Positions 62,090 to 64,000 of a stretch of 64,000 bases of DNA are shown here, piece by piece. A program made the translations under genes and the position numbers. Below the pieces are notes generated by a model. It was not told the DNA's origin and did not search any database. It was given only the letters and a program-made list of their open reading frames with translations. Positions within the stretch are counted from its first letter, which is position 1. Every line of letters starts with the position of its first letter. The stretch comes from Coleofasciculus sp. B1-GNL1-01 (GTDB lineage Bacteria; Cyanobacteriota; Cyanobacteriia; Cyanobacteriales; Coleofasciculaceae), in NCBI GenBank assembly GCA_040220235.1, contig JAVJTO010000011.1. One strand, written 5' to 3'.

Positions 62090-62731
62090 TCAAGCTTGAA
62101 ACTGGGACAACAACCAAGCGCTCACTTTACCATGATTCATTTGCCGACTACGCCGAAAGGCTTCTTCCAATAGAGCAATCTCTAAACCAGGAAACACCTG
62201 AGACTGGTAAATTCGCCGACTCCCGCCATTTTGAATCTCAAAGGCGATAACCTGAACATTTTTTACATCAATAATCCAATACTCCCGAACTCCCAAGGAT
62301 TCGTAGAGGAGACGTTTCTCTCCTTTGTCATCGGCTAAAGAAGAATAGGCAACTTCAATAACTAAATCCGGGGGTGGGTAGGTATCGAGATTGATAATCG
62401 TCGCTTCCCAAGGTACTGTTTCCGCCTTATCACCGACATAAAACGAGACATCCGGTTGGGCTTCCTCACAGCCTGTCTTACGATACGTGCAGTTATCATG
62501 ACCATCAATGTCAATGTCTCGAATACTGGCAAAGAGGGCAATCGCAGCAATAACAATGAAATGGTCGCGGGAATGGGGGTTACCAAGTGGAGACATCTCT
62601 AGCCTCATGCATCCGTTATAGTAGTAGCCTTTCGCTTTTTCATAAGCTGGATCACTGATTGCCTGAAGGTATTCGTCCCAAGTCGCATTGACCCAGGTAT
62701 CGGTTGGTAGTTTGGCTTGCAGTTGACTCAT
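62090..62731 (-). CDS. Uma2-family endonuclease
   Basis: QPDVSFY, PPDLVIEVA, KRLLYESLGVREYWIID. Confidence 0.9.
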   Translation of the reverse strand: MSQLQAKLPTDTWVNATWDEYLQAISDPAYEKAKGYYYNGCMRLEMSPLGNPHSRDHFIVIAAIALFASIRDIDIDGHDNCTYRKTGCEEAQPDVSFYVGDKAETVPWEATIINLDTYPPPDLVIEVAYSSLADDKGEKRLLYESLGVREYWIIDVKNVQVIAFEIQNGGSRRIYQSQVFPGLEIALLEEAFRRSRQMNHGKVSAWLLSQFQA

Positions 62732-62845
62732 GACGACCTTGCTGATGGCTAGCGATCGCTAATATTGTAACTAAATCCCAAAAACCCCGACTTCTTCAAG
62801 AAATCGGGGATCTCATCTAATTCACATTACCGTGACAATACCGGA

Positions 62846-63910
62846 TTATTTGTCTCCAGCCATGGCTTGTCGATAGTCTTTAAACGACTGATAGCACTCC
62901 TGTTGACTATAGAGGTGACATTGGTCGGTAATCTGTTTCATCAACGACCAAGAAAAACGGCATTCGCGCAATTCATCTCCCCAATTTTCCTTAAGAATCC
63001 GATGCGCTAACCGCAAATTATAGGACGGAATCGCACTGGAAACGTGATGGGGAATGTGAACATTAATATCGTGGCAGAGAAACTCTATCCAACGGGGATA
63101 ATCACAATGAACCGAACCAAATAATTGAGCCTCAGCTTCATTCCACTCTGGTTCTGGGGTAAAGGGAATATCGGGTGCTGTATGGTGAACAATGGTAAAC
63201 GTACTCATCCAGAAATGGTAAACAACCCAGGGAAGTAGCCAGAATTTGACGACTCCCCATACACCTACTGTGGCAAAGAGTAAGGGAAATGCAACAGCAG
63301 CAAAACCGATAACCAACAACGCGGAAAACTTGACTTGAGAACGCTGTTTTCCCTGGAAATTACCCCAGTTAAAATGCAGTAATGCCCAGTGGAACATCGA
63401 ACCAATCCACCACAATCGACCTCGTGTTAGTTGGTAAAACAACTTAACTAAAATAGGGTGGCTGGCATAATACTCTATAGTAAAAGGCTGCCATGCATTA
63501 TCTTCGCCAAGCTTATTCGTGTGGGCGTGATGGTGGTTATGGAGAATGCGCCAGCTATGAAAGGGATAAAGTAAAGGTAAAAATGCCAGGTGTCCCACCA
63601 AATCATTCACCCAACGGCGATTGGCAAAGGAACGATGACCACAATCATGACCGATCACAAAAAAGCCAGTCAATGCTGTACCAGTGAAAATCCATAATAG
63701 CGGTAAACAAAACCAGGGCGCGATCGCTAAACCCCCATAGCCTAGACTTACCATTACAATACTCACCAGAACCACTGTCCAGGCTTTGCGACGGTTTTTC
63801 ACAAACACTTCACGCGGTAACGTTCGCAAAATGTCTCTTAACCGTAAGGTCGTTGTAACCCTTGTCAATGAGTAATCAGGACTTTGTTCTTTGATTGTCG
63901 ATATAGTCAT
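62846..63910 (-). CDS. desA: Delta-12 fatty acid desaturase
   Basis: His boxes HDCGH, HNHHH and [12 protein letters not shown]. Confidence 0.88.
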   Translation of the reverse strand: MTISTIKEQSPDYSLTRVTTTLRLRDILRTLPREVFVKNRRKAWTVVLVSIVMVSLGYGGLAIAPWFCLPLLWIFTGTALTGFFVIGHDCGHRSFANRRWVNDLVGHLAFLPLLYPFHSWRILHNHHHAHTNKLGEDNAWQPFTIEYYASHPILVKLFYQLTRGRLWWIGSMFHWALLHFNWGNFQGKQRSQVKFSALLVIGFAAVAFPLLFATVGVWGVVKFWLLPWVVYHFWMSTFTIVHHTAPDIPFTPEPEWNEAEAQLFGSVHCDYPRWIEFLCHDINVHIPHHVSSAIPSYNLRLAHRILKENWGDELRECRFSWSLMKQITDQCHLYSQQECYQSFKDYRQAMAGDK

Positions 63911-64000
63911 GAAAGAATTTAATACATGAGATGTTGATGAATTGCGGATAGTCAGGCAAAAAAAACACTGCCTAGCCGTCCATTACTGGCAGAGAGAAGG

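Noticed and set aside
53011..62731. Uma2 endonucleases as a defence system
   Set aside because: Highly multicopy family in cyanobacteria; isolated here among housekeeping genes

Overview
Chromosomal window from a cyanobacterium. HIP1 (GCGATCGC) is abundant, chlH, mgdA/mgdE and desA are present, and REP/MITE density is high; the style suggests a filamentous Coleofasciculus/Microcoleus-like genome (inference). Contents in order: a truncated DEP-domain ORF; divergent mgdA-mgdE; a ~14 kb minus-strand polysaccharide cluster (GT2/GT4/GT39, ABC exporter, galE, two AT-rich fucosyltransferase-like genes); an AAA_35-type NTPase; a 22-27.4 kb accessory island of short cassettes whose junctions fall on HIP1 sites (TA modules, C5 methyltransferase, zinc protease, NERD-helicase); a frameshifted RAYT with its REPs; chlH; an ABC-ATPase plus TOPRIM-like pair between two 118-bp direct repeats; GT2, PEP-CTERM and a second AAA_35 NTPase; GH116; an IS200/IS605 tnpB interrupted by a MITE; TIGR03032 plus a large FG-GAP/RTX protein; then housekeeping and hypothetical genes ending in desA. 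The most notable signals are the HIP1-delimited cassette array with candidate defence genes, a shared 11-bp-period RTRAAG direct-repeat motif upstream of three cell-surface/EPS loci, and several precisely reconstructable mobile-element events. No rRNA, tRNA or CRISPR array was recognised. All calls are by eye; no searches were run.
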